Assembly (NCBI GenBank): GCA_964291215.2
Contig: OZ219791.1
Span: 672,001 to 736,000 of the forward strand
Direction of reading: 5' to 3'
From: Alphaproteobacteria bacterium
GTDB lineage: Bacteria; Pseudomonadota; Alphaproteobacteria; MPNO01; UBA830
Length of the DNA stretch: 64,000 nucleotides
Shown here: positions 20,902 to 31,746 of the stretch, in pieces
Position numbering within the stretch: position 1 is the first letter of the stretch
Layout of the letters: the number at the start of each line of letters is the position of its first letter
Position numbers and translations under genes: made by a program
The notes under the pieces: generated by a model
Told to the model about the DNA's origin: nothing
The model's input: the letters and a program-made list of their open reading frames with translations, nothing else
Database searches by the model: none

Positions 20902-21770
20902 GCGCCGGCGAGGAAAATCGCCGGCTGGGGAGGGGCCTAGAAGTCCTTTTCGGCGACAGGTTAGGCGCGAGCAACGCCGACGGGCGGGCGATGCGGACCC
21001 TTCCGATCAGCAGCCTCGTTGCGAATCCGCTCCAGCCGCGCCGGGTTTTCGGAGAGGCGGAACTTGCCGATCTGGTGCGCTCGGTAGGCGACAAGGGGGT
21101 CCTGCAACCCCTGATCGTCCGCCCGAGCGCCAACGAGCCTGATTTCTTCGAGATTGTTGCTGGGGAACGGCGCTGGCGGGCGGCCCAGCAGGCCGGGATT
21201 CACGAAGTGCCGGTCGTCGTTCGCAGCCTCGGCGACGAGGAGGCGCTCGCTGTCGCCCTCGTAGAAAACCTGCAGCGCGACGATCTGTCGCCGATCGAGG
21301 AAGCCGAGGCCTATGGAAGGTTGGCGCGGGAGTTCGGAAAGACCCAGGCCGAGGTCGCGGTAATCGTCGGCAAGAGCCGCCCTCACATCGCCAACACTTT
21401 GCGGTTGCTCGAACTGCCCGACGAGGTTCGCGGGATGGTTGCGGAGGGAACGCTGACGGCGGGGCATGCCCGAGCCATACTTGGCGCGGCCGACCCGGTG
21501 GCGATGGCGCGTGAAATCGTTGCCGGAAACCTCTCGGTCCGCGCAACCGAGGAGCGCGTTGCCGGTGGAAAGCGGAGCGGCCGTCGCGGCGGCGCAAGGG
21601 ACGCCGATACCGTGGCGCTGGAAAAGAGGCTGAGCGACCGGCTCGGTCTCAGGGTCAGTATCGCCGCTCGCGGTACGGGCGGAAAGCTGACGTTGTCCTA
21701 CACGTCCCTCGAACAGCTCGACGATCTGATCACGCGCCTGAGTATCGACCAACCTGCCGTTCGCCGGTGA
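20898..21770 (+). CDS. parB: chromosome partitioning protein
   Basis: LGRGL, QPRR.F, IVAGERRWRAA, ENLQRDDL, HTH. Confidence 0.97.
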   Translation: MSAGEENRRLGRGLEVLFGDRLGASNADGRAMRTLPISSLVANPLQPRRVFGEAELADLVRSVGDKGVLQPLIVRPSANEPDFFEIVAGERRWRAAQQAGIHEVPVVVRSLGDEEALAVALVENLQRDDLSPIEEAEAYGRLAREFGKTQAEVAVIVGKSRPHIANTLRLLELPDEVRGMVAEGTLTAGHARAILGAADPVAMAREIVAGNLSVRATEERVAGGKRSGRRGGARDADTVALEKRLSDRLGLRVSIAARGTGGKLTLSYTSLEQLDDLITRLSIDQPAVRR

Positions 21771-22079
21771 CCCGTGCGGCGCGGAACGCGACGGGCCGTG
21801 TCGGTGTGAGCTCTGGAGACCAACCGCTCCACCGGCAGTGCCGGTCTTCACATATGGTCGTTGCGATGCAGCAGCCAAAACATGCTGCGGGCCAGTGGTT
21901 GGAACAGGGCGGAGAGATGCGGAACAAAAGAGAGAGTCTAAACAAAGCAGGAATGGTCGCCGGATCGACGTCGTGCCGAGAGCATAAGCCCGTCGTCAGG
22001 AAGATTGGGGTTATGTACTATTTATATTTTATATCAGCAGGTTAAATAAACCCCACCATTGGGGGGGGGGGGGGCGGGT

Positions 22080-22455
22080 GTAAGCGTTCACTCGTGCGGT
22101 GAGGTGTTGTTGTTTAGGTCCGTTTGACGGGCTCTTGTCAGGGAGTTCCAGCGTCATCTGGAGTGGTTTCGTGTACGGCTGGGCGGGATGCGCGGTGAGG
22201 TTGGGCGGGCACTGGCGCCATGCCGTGGTTTCCGCATTGGTTGCGGTTTGTCCCGGCGCTGCGGAGGAGGAGCTGAGCGCCATCCTGTGCTGGTCGCGGC
22301 CGCGCTTCGATGACGCCCGCTACCCCTTCTTGCTCTTGCGCCCGTACATTGACTTCGACATCGACGACCCGTTCAGGCGAAGCTTGTCGCTCTCTGCTTC
22401 AAGCGCCCCAACCTGCTCCTTCAGCACCTTCACCTCGGCCTTCAGGCCGGCATTA
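22080..22455 (-). mobile_element. internally deleted IS66 remnant
   Basis: GTAAGCGTTC end at 22080; coiled-coil LKAEVKVLKEQVGALEAE..MYGRKS like a TnpC N-terminus. Confidence 0.55.
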
Positions 22456-22456
22456 A

Positions 22457-23101
22457 TCATCGGAACGGGGCGGGCGGTGACGCAAGTCTGAGTTGCAGGG
22501 CAAAGTTCTCGAAGTCGTCAAGTGTGCGTTTTCCCGAGCAGTCGCTCACCGTGATCAGGGTGTCGAACACTTCCCTGCCGTCGGCTCGGTCTTCTGCGCC
22601 TTTGCCCAAGAACGCCAGCGATGCGAACCTGCAGGTTCGGCCATCGGGCAAACCCCGTGCCCGGCGAAGCCAACCGCGGCGGTCTCCCGGCTTCTGGACG
22701 GCCCGTTCGGCTTCAATGACGAAATGTTGCTTCTTCCTCTTGAAGAACCGCTTCAGGACATTCTCCGACAGGTCTGGCTTGGTATAGGCCTCGGTCGTTC
22801 TTGGACCAAAAAGCCCTTCCGGCGAGTGCTCCACCAAAAGCCAGCCGCCCTCGAACCAGCCCCTTTGCTGAACGATCCGTTTGTTCCGCCATCGCTCCTG
22901 TGCCTTGGAAATCCGCATGGGGCCGAGATCGGAAACGTCGATCACGAGCGTCCCGGCCTCAATCTTGCGCCATTTGGAAAGCTCGATCCGCTGGCCCGAG
23001 ATGTCACGGTCGACGGTTCCTGCTGCTGAGCTGTCCATGCCGGCCGTGGCCGTGAGAACGGCGGTCGCAATCAGGCCAGAAAGAACCTTGAACGGTGTCA
23101 T
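22457..23101 (-). CDS. hypothetical exported protein
   Basis: 214-aa ORF with signal-peptide-like N-terminus and GAGGT RBS. Confidence 0.6.
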   Translation of the reverse strand: MTPFKVLSGLIATAVLTATAGMDSSAAGTVDRDISGQRIELSKWRKIEAGTLVIDVSDLGPMRISKAQERWRNKRIVQQRGWFEGGWLLVEHSPEGLFGPRTTEAYTKPDLSENVLKRFFKRKKQHFVIEAERAVQKPGDRRGWLRRARGLPDGRTCRFASLAFLGKGAEDRADGREVFDTLITVSDCSGKRTLDDFENFALQLRLASPPAPFR

Positions 23102-23326
23102 GATACCTCGTCGTGCGGGAAAGCCTTGCTGTCGCTACCAAGGTGGAAACCCTGTCGAATCCGTGCGGCAACGTCAGAAATCCCTGCCCGGTTGCCAGTG
23201 TGGATGACCATAACTGTCGGGTGAGAAAGGATCAACGGGAGGATGATACGGCGATTACGGCTTGTTTCTGCCTGCCTGAGATGCCGGCATGTCCGTCGCT
23301 GCCTGGTGCGGGATTTCGACATGAAT

Positions 23327-24151
23327 TTACCGCTTCGGTCGGCCCCACCGTTCAGGTGCCCTTGGCATGGGGCCGTTACGGGAGCCTCGTTCGTGCGGGC
23401 GCTCCCTCCGCAGGCGGTCAAGAACCCGGGAGACGGTGTCACGCGCGTCCATGCAGACTTCGCCGTCGGGCAACGGGGGCCGGTCGATCATCACGATCGG
23501 CGTGCCTGTATCGCGCGCCGCGGCAATCTTGGCATGGGTCGCCTGTCCGCCGGAGTTTCTCGTGACTACGATGTCGATTCCGTGTCTCTGCAGCAGTCCG
23601 GTTTCCTGCCGGATCGTGAATGGCCCGCGCCCGGTTACATGAATCGCGTCAGCAAGTGGAAGCCTGGTGCGTGGATCGATGGTACGCACCACGAAACGGG
23701 GCTTTTCAAGGCCGGAGAAGGCTGCCAGCTGTTGGTACCCGATCGCGAGAAACACGGTCTGTGCGGTATCCCCGATCAGCCGCGCCGCCTCGGCGACATC
23801 GCGTGCGTGCCGCCAGCAATCGCCAAGCGTTTCCGTCCATGCCGGACGGACCAGCTTCAGTCTCGGCGTCTGCGTTGCCGCAGCCGCCGTCGCGGCGTTG
23901 GCAGCGATGGCGGCCGCGAAGGGGTGCGTCGCGTCCACGAGCGCACTCACGGATGTCTGTTCCATCCATTCGGCCAGGCTGAGTGCGCCGCCGAATCCGC
24001 CGATCCTGATTTTGCAGCCGGCGGGCAAGGCTGGCCTTTCCGTGCGGCCCGCAAGCGCATAGGTAATGCTGCAGCGTCCAGCAAGTCCCTCGGCCACATC
24101 CACGGCTTCCGAGGTCCCGCCGAGTATCAGGATGTGGGGCCGGTCAGCCAT
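23327..24151 (-). CDS. cobK: (cobalt-)precorrin-6A reductase
   Basis: ILILGGTSEA, GGFGG, VDATHPFA, VTRNSGG, KIAAAR. Confidence 0.95.
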   Translation of the reverse strand: MADRPHILILGGTSEAVDVAEGLAGRCSITYALAGRTERPALPAGCKIRIGGFGGALSLAEWMEQTSVSALVDATHPFAAAIAANAATAAAATQTPRLKLVRPAWTETLGDCWRHARDVAEAARLIGDTAQTVFLAIGYQQLAAFSGLEKPRFVVRTIDPRTRLPLADAIHVTGRGPFTIRQETGLLQRHGIDIVVTRNSGGQATHAKIAAARDTGTPIVMIDRPPLPDGEVCMDARDTVSRVLDRLRRERPHERGSRNGPMPRAPERWGRPKR

Positions 24152-25244
24152 CAGTCCGCGGTGCTGCCTCTCCCACCGGATTTCCGACCCGGTCGAAGAT
24201 GAGAACTCCGATGATGATGCCGGAGTTGCCGAGGGCCCGGGCGGCCGTCTTCCGGGCTTCGAGTGCGACGGCGTCGCCCAGGGGTACCCCGTCCGTGCGG
24301 GCGATCTCGAGCGCTTCGGCTGCCGAGCCCGCGATCCCGATGCGGCGGCCGGTAAAATCGCTGGCGCCGGCGGAGATGGCGAGGGCGGCGAGCTTCTCCG
24401 TATTCACCTGGCTGCGCCCCGAATGCAGGTCGAGATGCCCCTGTGCAAGCTTCGTGATCTTCGCGAACCCGCCGCCGATGTAAGCGACGGGAACGGGATG
24501 ATTGCGCAGGTACTTGAGCATGCCACCGGCGAAATCCCCCATGTCGATCATCGCGTAGTCTGGAAGTGACAGCATCCGGCGCACGGCATTCTCGGATGTT
24601 GCTCCGGTGCATCCGGCGACTACCGGCGCGCCTGCAGCGCGCGCGACATCGATGCCGCGATGAATGGATTCGATCCACGCCGCGCAGGAATACGGCACGA
24701 CGATGCCGGTGGTTCCGAGGATCGAGATACCGCCCTCGATCCCGAGGCGCGGATTCCATGTCTTGAGGGCGAGCTCGGCGCCGCCTTCGACCGAAACCGT
24801 GATGGTGACGTTGTCGTCACCGCCCCAGGCTTCGGCGACCTCGGTGATCGCCGATCGCATCATGGAGCGCGGCATGGGGTTGATCGCCGGTTCGCCGACG
24901 CCGAGCGGCAGGCCCGCCCGCGTCACCGTTCCGACGCCGTCGCCCGCGCGAAAGACAACCCCCGCGCCGGGCGGTGCGGGCCGGATCTCACTGATCACGA
25001 GCGCTCCGTGGGTGACATCAGGGTCGTCGCCCGCGTCCTTCACGATACCGGCGCGGGCCGAGCGGGCGGACAGCGCTTCGGTTGCGAGCGTGAAAGCCGG
25101 CGTCTCTCCCCGCGGCAACGTGATGCGAACCGGATCGGGGAACGAACCCGTGAGCAGCGCCGTGTAGGCGGCCTTGGTTGCCGCCGTCGCACAGGCGCCG
25201 GTCGTCCAGCCGCGCCGGAGCTTCCTGGCGGGCTTTCGTGTCAT
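24144..25244 (-). CDS. cbiD: cobalt-precorrin-5B C1-methyltransferase
   Basis: LRRGWTTGACATAA, KDAGDDPDVTHG, NPRLGIEGGISILGTTG. Confidence 0.97.
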   Translation of the reverse strand: MTRKPARKLRRGWTTGACATAATKAAYTALLTGSFPDPVRITLPRGETPAFTLATEALSARSARAGIVKDAGDDPDVTHGALVISEIRPAPPGAGVVFRAGDGVGTVTRAGLPLGVGEPAINPMPRSMMRSAITEVAEAWGGDDNVTITVSVEGGAELALKTWNPRLGIEGGISILGTTGIVVPYSCAAWIESIHRGIDVARAAGAPVVAGCTGATSENAVRRMLSLPDYAMIDMGDFAGGMLKYLRNHPVPVAYIGGGFAKITKLAQGHLDLHSGRSQVNTEKLAALAISAGASDFTGRRIGIAGSAAEALEIARTDGVPLGDAVALEARKTAARALGNSGIIIGVLIFDRVGNPVGEAAPRTDG

Positions 25245-25317
25245 CCGGCGGTTCCGGATGCCCTTGATCCGGCGGCTTTCCGTCCCATCCGAGCCTTATA
25301 TGTGCTAAGCAACGCTG

Positions 25318-26157
25318 ATGAAATGGCCGACATTCTCGCTGCCCGAACCTGAACCCGGCTGGGTGTGGCTTACCGGTGCCGGTCCCGGTGATCCGGGACT
25401 GCTCACCCTGCATGCGCTCAACGGAATCCGCAATGCCGACGTGATCGTCCACGATACTCTGGTCAGCGACGAAATCCTTTCCCTTGCGGCGGTTGGATGC
25501 GAGATCATCCATGCCGGCAAGCGTGGGGGCAAGCCGTCGCCGCGTCAGCCCGACATCTCGGCGCGGCTGGTTTCCCTGGCGCGCGCCAAACGGCGCGTGA
25601 TCCGCCTCAAGGGCGGCGATCCGTTCGTGTTCGGGCGTGGCGGCGAGGAAGCGCTGGCGCTGGTAGCGGCCGGTGTTCCGTTCCGCATCGTTCCAGGGAT
25701 ATCGGCGGGAATCGGCGGTCTCGCCCATGCCGGCATTCCGCTCACTCATCGCGATGTCAATTCCGTTGTGACGTTCCTGACCGGCCACGGCGCCAGCGGC
25801 GAGGTGCCGGACGCCATCGACTGGCCCGCGCTTGCTGTTTCGTCGCCGGTGCTGGTGATCTACATGGCGCTGAAGCAGCTTGCGGTGATTCAGTCTAGGT
25901 TGCTGGCGGCCGGCCGGTCGCCGGACGAGCCCGTCGCCATCGTGTCGAAGGCGACCCGGGCTGAGGAAATCGTGCTCGAGACCGACCTTGGGAATTGCGT
26001 CGACGACATGCAGGCCGAAACCATCGAGCCCCCAGCCATCGTGGTGGTCGGTGAGGTCGTCCGGCTGCGCGCCGGCCTCGACTGGGTGGGCGCCATGGCA
26101 GGACGCAGCCTTCTCCCGGACCCTCCCGGTATCCGATCGTTCCGCCGTGCGAGTTGA
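25318..26157 (+). CDS. cobA: uroporphyrinogen-III C-methyltransferase
   Basis: GAGPGDPGLLT, RLKGGDPFVFGRGGEE, GIPLTHR. Confidence 0.96.
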   Translation: MKWPTFSLPEPEPGWVWLTGAGPGDPGLLTLHALNGIRNADVIVHDTLVSDEILSLAAVGCEIIHAGKRGGKPSPRQPDISARLVSLARAKRRVIRLKGGDPFVFGRGGEEALALVAAGVPFRIVPGISAGIGGLAHAGIPLTHRDVNSVVTFLTGHGASGEVPDAIDWPALAVSSPVLVIYMALKQLAVIQSRLLAAGRSPDEPVAIVSKATRAEEIVLETDLGNCVDDMQAETIEPPAIVVVGEVVRLRAGLDWVGAMAGRSLLPDPPGIRSFRRAS

Positions 26158-26199
26158 CGACTACCTTTGGGCACGGACGTATTGCCGGGCGCGCCTCTG

Positions 26200-27513
26200 A
26201 TGGCTGCCGCGCGAGGCGCTATCATCACCGCGCCCGCCTCGGGCAGCGGCAAGACCACCGTCACGCTCGGCCTTCTGCGGCATCTTGCGCGGAGTGGCAG
26301 CGCCGTTTCTTCCTTCAAGACGGGGCCCGACTATATCGACCCGGCCTTTCACGAGGCGGCCGGCGGCCGCCCTTGCCTTAACCTGGACAGTTGGGCGATG
26401 CGCCCGGAAACCCTCGCCGACCTGTATCAGGAGGCTGCCCGCGGTGCCGATATCGTCATCGGCGAGGGCGTGATGGGGCTGTTCGATGGTGGCTCCGGCG
26501 GTGTCGGGTCGACAGCCGAACTGGGCGCCTGTCTCGGACTTCCGATGATCCTGGTCGTTGACGCCAGTGCCCAGGGCCAGAGCGCTGCGGCAACGGTTCA
26601 CGGCTTCGCGACTTGGCGCAAGGATATCGGTGTCAACGGCATCATCTTCAATCGTGTCGGGAGCGATCGTCACGCGGCCCTGCTTCGCGAGTCGGCGGCA
26701 CCGCTCGAAATCCCGGTTATCGGCTGTTTGCCCCGGGCCACCGGCATTATCGTTCCCGAACGCCATCTCGGGTTGACGCAGGCGAGCGAACTGGCAGGAC
26801 TCGAAGAAATCCTCGACTCCGTTGCGGACATCGTGTCCACGCATCTCGACCTTGAGGCGTTCGACAGGGTTCTCGCCGAGGCGCCACGAGCGGAACGAAG
26901 TCCGGCTTCGCCGTCGATACCCCCCCTCGGCCAGCGCATCGCGATTGCCCGTGATGATGCGTTCCGCTTCTGCTATCGGCATGTCGTTGAAGGCTGGCGC
27001 CGCGCCGGCGCCGGGATCACGTTCTTTTCGCCGCTCGCCGGTGAGGCGCCGGACGAGGCAGCCGATGCTGTCTATCTCCCTGGAGGCTATCCCGAACTGC
27101 ATGCCAGCGTCCTTGCCGGCAACCGCGTCTTTGTTGATGGTCTGGCGGCCGCCGCGGACCGCGGTGCCGTGATCTATGGCGAATGCGGGGGCTACATGGT
27201 TCTCGGCCGATCGCTGACCGATGCCGGGGGCGTCGTCCACCGCATGGCCGGGCTGCTGCCGCTTGAAACCTCCTTTGCCGAACGGCGGCTGCATCTCGGC
27301 TACCGGCGGGCCAGTCTTGTTGCTGCCGGACCGCTTGGGCCGCGGGACGCGCGCTTTCGCGGGCATGAGTTCCACTATGCGACCACCTGCCGGGAAGACG
27401 GCGATGACGCGCTGTTCGCGCTTTCGGACATCGCGGGCGTGGCGATCGTTGCGGGCGGCCAGCGTCGCGGCCGCGTCATGGGTTCCTTCATCCATCTGAT
27501 CGATACGGAATGA
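26200..27513 (+). CDS. cobB: cobyrinate a,c-diamide synthase
   Basis: SGSGKTT, FKTGPDYIDP, EGVMGLFDG, PGGYPELHA, GECGGYM, GHEFHY. Confidence 0.97.
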   Translation: MAAARGAIITAPASGSGKTTVTLGLLRHLARSGSAVSSFKTGPDYIDPAFHEAAGGRPCLNLDSWAMRPETLADLYQEAARGADIVIGEGVMGLFDGGSGGVGSTAELGACLGLPMILVVDASAQGQSAAATVHGFATWRKDIGVNGIIFNRVGSDRHAALLRESAAPLEIPVIGCLPRATGIIVPERHLGLTQASELAGLEEILDSVADIVSTHLDLEAFDRVLAEAPRAERSPASPSIPPLGQRIAIARDDAFRFCYRHVVEGWRRAGAGITFFSPLAGEAPDEAADAVYLPGGYPELHASVLAGNRVFVDGLAAAADRGAVIYGECGGYMVLGRSLTDAGGVVHRMAGLLPLETSFAERRLHLGYRRASLVAAGPLGPRDARFRGHEFHYATTCREDGDDALFALSDIAGVAIVAGGQRRGRVMGSFIHLIDTE

Positions 27514-27679
27514 TGCGTATGCGCCGTGTGTCGTCCCCGGCTCCCGACGCGCCCGCAGACATGCTCGCCGCGGTCGCGTGTTGCGCCTGACCACTGCGGA
27601 TTCCGGTGCAGGCGCCCCGCCCGCAGGTTTGACATTGATGCATGCCGAGCCCATAAGCCGGGCCCGAAGGACGAGGTCG

Positions 27680-27871
27680 ATGATCGAAATCATGATCGAG
27701 CAGTGGTCGCAGCGCGACGGGTCGGTGGACTGGATGTGGTCGATCTGGAGCGACGGCCAGCGGCGACACATGGGCGGTTCGCACGACTCTGCCGAGAGCG
27801 CCGAGATGGAGGCACGCGCCGCCTGCCACAAGCTGCTGGGGGCGCAACCCTACGAAGTAACGGTGCTTTGA
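27680..27871 (+). CDS. small hypothetical protein (63 aa)
   Basis: GAGG RBS before MIEIMIEQWSQRDGSVDWMWSIW; protein-like composition. Confidence 0.6.
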   Translation: MIEIMIEQWSQRDGSVDWMWSIWSDGQRRHMGGSHDSAESAEMEARAACHKLLGAQPYEVTVL

Positions 27872-27980
27872 CTGCGCACACGGCGGCGGCCGGACATGGC
27901 TCTGGTGCTGCGATTTCGGTGCGGCGATTCTCGACATCCGGCATTCCGCGCAACCGCGGCATTCGTGGAGTCTGAACGGC

Positions 27981-29570
27981 GTGCTCAACACTACCTTTTC
28001 CACCGGCGGAATCGTGAGCGCCCCCCATCATCTTGCGGCCGACGCCGGCCGCGATGTGCTCCGGGACGGCGGCAACGCCATCGAGGCAATGATTGCGATG
28101 GCCGGCGTGATCGCCGTGGTCTATCCGCACATGAACGGCATCGGCGGTGACGGATTCTGGCTTGTCAAGCCCGCCGGCGCCGAACCGCTCGGAATCGATG
28201 CTTGTGGCGCCGCCGGACAGCGGGCGGCCGAATCCTTCTATCGCGCCTCCGGGCATGACGCGATCCCGCCGCGCGGCCCGCTCGCGGTCAATACGGTAGC
28301 GGGAACGGTGTCGGGATGGGGGGCGGCAATGGAGCTGGCGGCCCGCCTCGACGGACGCCTGGCCCGCCAGCGTCTGATGGAGCCGGCGATCGGCTTCGCG
28401 GAATCCGGTTTCCCGGTTACGGCCGGCCAGGCTCGGAACACGCGTCGACGGTCCGGCGAGTTGGGACCGCTGCCGGGGTTTTCGAAGGCCTTTCTTGCCG
28501 ACGGTGCGCCGCCTTCTGAAGGCGAACTCTTTTGCCAGCCGCGCCTTGCCGGCTCCCTCCGCAGGCTTGCGGCCGACGGTTTCGACAGTTTCTATCGTGG
28601 CATGCTGGCTCGCGACATCGCGGCGGATCTGGAACGGATCGGGTCTCCGTTGTCGGCCGACGATCTCGTCCGGCACCGGGCTCTGTCCGTGCAGCCGCTA
28701 TCGCTCCGGGTGTCGACGGGCATGCTGTGGAACATGCCGCCACCGACGCAGGGACTGGCGTCACTTATGATCCTCGGGCTGTTCGACCGGCTCGATGTCG
28801 ACGAGCCCGAATCCTTCACGCACATCCACGGGCTGGTGGAATGCGTGAAACAGGCATTCACGGTGCGTGATCGCCATGTTGAGGATCCGGAGGAAATGGA
28901 TGTCGTTCCCGCCGATTTTCTGGCCGATGACGAACTTGACCGCCGCGTGAGCGCGATAGGCATGGGGCGCGCATCGCCCTGGCCGGCATCCGTCGTCGTC
29001 GGCGACACGGTGTGGATGGGAGCGGTCGATAACCGGGGAAACGCGGTATCATTCATCCAGAGCCTGTTCTGGGAGTTCGGATCGGGAATGGTGCTCGATG
29101 AAACGGGTATCCTGTGGCAGAACCGTGGCGCCAGCTTCGCTCTTGGCGATGCGGCCGTGAACAGGCTGCGTCCGGGCCGTCGTCCCTTCCATACGCTGAA
29201 TCCGGCCATGGCAGAACGCGACGACGGCAACGTTCTGGCCTATGGCACGATGGGCGGAGAAGGCCAGCCTCAGACCCAGGCGCTGTTCTATACCCGGCAC
29301 GCGCAATTCGGACAGGGCTTGCAGCAGGCGATAACCGCGCCGCGCTTCGTCCTCGGGAGGACTTGGGGAGACACTGGGACCAACCTCAAGCTCGAGGCGC
29401 GGTTCGGGCATGAACTTGTCGACCGGCTGCGCGATGCAGGCCACGACATCGAGATGATCGACGAGTTCGACGATCTGGCAGGACATGCCGGCGCCGTGAT
29501 GAGGAGAAGTGACGGACTGCTCGAGGGGGCCGCGGACCCTCGCGCCGATGGCCGGGCTGCCGGCCTCTGA
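27981..29570 (+). CDS. gamma-glutamyltransferase family (HpxW/oxamate amidohydrolase-like)
   Basis: GGNAIEA, GIGGDGF, PPPTQG, cleavage site GD|TVW, RPFHTLNP, GTMGGEGQPQ. Confidence 0.92.
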   Translation: MLNTTFSTGGIVSAPHHLAADAGRDVLRDGGNAIEAMIAMAGVIAVVYPHMNGIGGDGFWLVKPAGAEPLGIDACGAAGQRAAESFYRASGHDAIPPRGPLAVNTVAGTVSGWGAAMELAARLDGRLARQRLMEPAIGFAESGFPVTAGQARNTRRRSGELGPLPGFSKAFLADGAPPSEGELFCQPRLAGSLRRLAADGFDSFYRGMLARDIAADLERIGSPLSADDLVRHRALSVQPLSLRVSTGMLWNMPPPTQGLASLMILGLFDRLDVDEPESFTHIHGLVECVKQAFTVRDRHVEDPEEMDVVPADFLADDELDRRVSAIGMGRASPWPASVVVGDTVWMGAVDNRGNAVSFIQSLFWEFGSGMVLDETGILWQNRGASFALGDAAVNRLRPGRRPFHTLNPAMAERDDGNVLAYGTMGGEGQPQTQALFYTRHAQFGQGLQQAITAPRFVLGRTWGDTGTNLKLEARFGHELVDRLRDAGHDIEMIDEFDDLAGHAGAVMRRSDGLLEGAADPRADGRAAGL

Positions 29571-29597
29571 CGGAAAGGGTTCTCCCGGCTCCGCCGC

Positions 29598-30014
29598 CTA
29601 CCACGCCCCGTCGGCACCGAAGGCGCGGGGAACGGTAACCAGGATTGACGAGCGGTCGTCGTGGAGGATGGTCACGACCGCCAATGGCAGATGAACCGCC
29701 GCGCCGTCGGCGGTGTCGAACCGGGCCTTGGTGATTGCCGAATACACGTGGAGTTCAAGCTCCTGCAGCGCCGTCAGGCGGATGCCGAGTTGTTCCAGAG
29801 CCAGCGACTGGTCCGAGGCGGACCTGTTCTCCCAGTCTTCTGCACAGTTCGAAAAGAAGCCTATGAGATCGCGCATGCGTCCCGCCTCGGCGGTCGAAAG
29901 CGGCTCGTCATGCTCGATCAGTTTGGCATATTGCGACGCTTCGAGAGCGGTCCAGAGGTCATGTCCGTTCTCGGCACGGTGCAGTTTCAGTGGTGCCGAA
30001 CGCAAGTCTGCCAT
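29598..30014 (-). CDS. hypothetical protein
   Basis: ~138-aa ORF with coding-like composition; no motif recognised. Confidence 0.6.
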   Translation of the reverse strand: MADLRSAPLKLHRAENGHDLWTALEASQYAKLIEHDEPLSTAEAGRMRDLIGFFSNCAEDWENRSASDQSLALEQLGIRLTALQELELHVYSAITKARFDTADGAAVHLPLAVVTILHDDRSSILVTVPRAFGADGAW

Positions 30015-30249
30015 GGTCACCATACAGACTGCGGAGGATGCACAGGCGTGTCAATGTCGAATCCCGCCTTCGTGAACGGGTGTGCGTCGCGATTGCAGGA
30101 AATCGAGGGCAATCTGTTGGCGGCGATTCAGAACGGCGGAAAACCGCGCTTTTGAGCGGTTGGCTGTGTGGATTGGGCGAACACGGGTACGAGGACATGC
30201 GGCGTTGACGAGAGGCCGCGCGGTCTTCGTTTTCTGCCTGTTGTCGGGT

Positions 30250-30550
30250 CCTGTGCTTTGGTGTTGATGATGTCGTTCCAGTCGGCGTTTTGTGGCGGTC
30301 GGCGTCTGTGGAACGTGACGTGAGGGGGACCTTCAGCCTTGTGCGCAGGGTTTCTGCCTGCCGTTCTCCGGCCTCGTCGTGGTCCTGCGCGAGAACGATG
30401 GTTCTGACGTTGGGGCTCCTTGCAGCGAGGCTGATCTGTTCGTGCTGGCGTCGCGAGGGCGCCCGGCGGTGGAGAAGAAGGCGCGGCTGGCGGGACATCC
30501 GTCGGTCTGGGCCAGGCTGAGGGCTCGACCGTGCTTTCCTCAGGAGCCCG
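30250..30550 (-). pseudogene. Toprim-domain (conjugative primase-like) remnant
   Basis: IVLAQDHDEAGERQAE and PPQNADWNDI in shifted frames. Confidence 0.55.
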
Positions 30551-30744
30551 GATCACATGCCGGCAGAAAAACCGGAACCGGACCGAAACGACAACAGGGA
30601 AGAAAACGGGCGGCGTTCACAGAGACAAACAGACAAACACTGAAACCGCGACAACAGGACGTGACAACAAGAAAGAAACACGATCCTGAAAAGCGCGGCG
30701 AATCGCCGAAATCCCGCCGTTTTATGCAATCGACAACAGCGTGC

Positions 30745-31746
30745 GCTGGGCCGGACCAAGGGTTTTGCCCGCGCCAACGGCGCTACACCGACCCCCATAG
30801 CACGCCCAAGGAGATTTTCGTTGTGCCGCTGCGGCGCGACGCCCGGCGGCTACTGTCGCGCCCGCGGGCGCTGCCGGGCGCCGGCTCGCCCGGGCGCTTG
30901 CCGCCGACGGCAAGCGCATCCGCGGCGCTAACCGCAACGGCCACCACGAGACCGTGGCCCTCACGCCTCCGGCGCCCCCTTCGCGCTGTTGAACTTCGAC
31001 GACGGCGAGCTTGCGGCCACCTCCTCGAGCGCACCGATGTCCGCGGCAAGGTGATAACCCTCGACGCCACGACGCCGGCGACGCTGATCACCCGGCGCTG
31101 CGGCGCCGACTACGTCTTCTCGGTCAAGGGCAATGCGCCCGAAACCTTCGACATCCTCGACGGCATCGACTGGGAGCCACCGGCCGCTTCAAGGAGGAGC
31201 AAGGCCCACGGACGCCTCAAGCAGCGCTCGATACGTGCCGCTCAAGGGCCTGACCCCGGCGTCAGCCAGATTGCACGCATCAAGCGCTACCGCGAACCGC
31301 CGGGAAAGAGCGCCAGCGGCGCAGCAAGCGGCAACGACTACACCGAGTACATCATCACCTCGCTCAATGCGCAACACGCCAGAGGAACTGCTGCGGCCGC
31401 GGCCACCGGGCGGTGGAAAACATGAACCATAGGCAGAGAGACTGCGTCTTCGGCGAGGACGCCTGCCCGACCGGCTCCGCAAACCGCGCCAGCCTCAACA
31501 ACATCGCGCTCGCGGTGATCTTCGCCAACCGACGCGAGAGCCTCGCCGAAACACGGCGGCGGCTGCAGCTCGACCGCCGGGAAGCTGTCGCAGCCCGGCC
31601 CTGAGCGCCAATGGCGTCCGGCCGATTCCCGGATGCCGCCCACAACCCGCCCACATTCCGAAAACAACCCGCCCGCGTACCGGTAACGCCGCCGGCGACG
31701 ACCGCGGGCGGCTCCAAAGCCAGAAAACCCGGCACGCTGTGAAACC
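30745..31746 (+). mobile_element. degenerate DUF4338-ISAs1-type transposase element
   Basis: PKEIFVVPLRRDARRLL (DUF4338-like), VITLDA, ADYVFSVKGN, HGR, ENMNHRQRDCVFGED. Confidence 0.8.

Noticed and set aside
21780-22060. AT-rich segment after parB as an ncRNA or origin
   Set aside because: Resembles the AT-rich IS ends at ~12930 and ~40150; no DnaA boxes or recognisable structure
26161-27831. Long 556-aa minus-strand ORF and similar shadow ORFs (42533-44032, 31839-33221, 40152-41921)
   Set aside because: Antisense or alternative-frame shadows of real genes in high-GC DNA; no protein motifs
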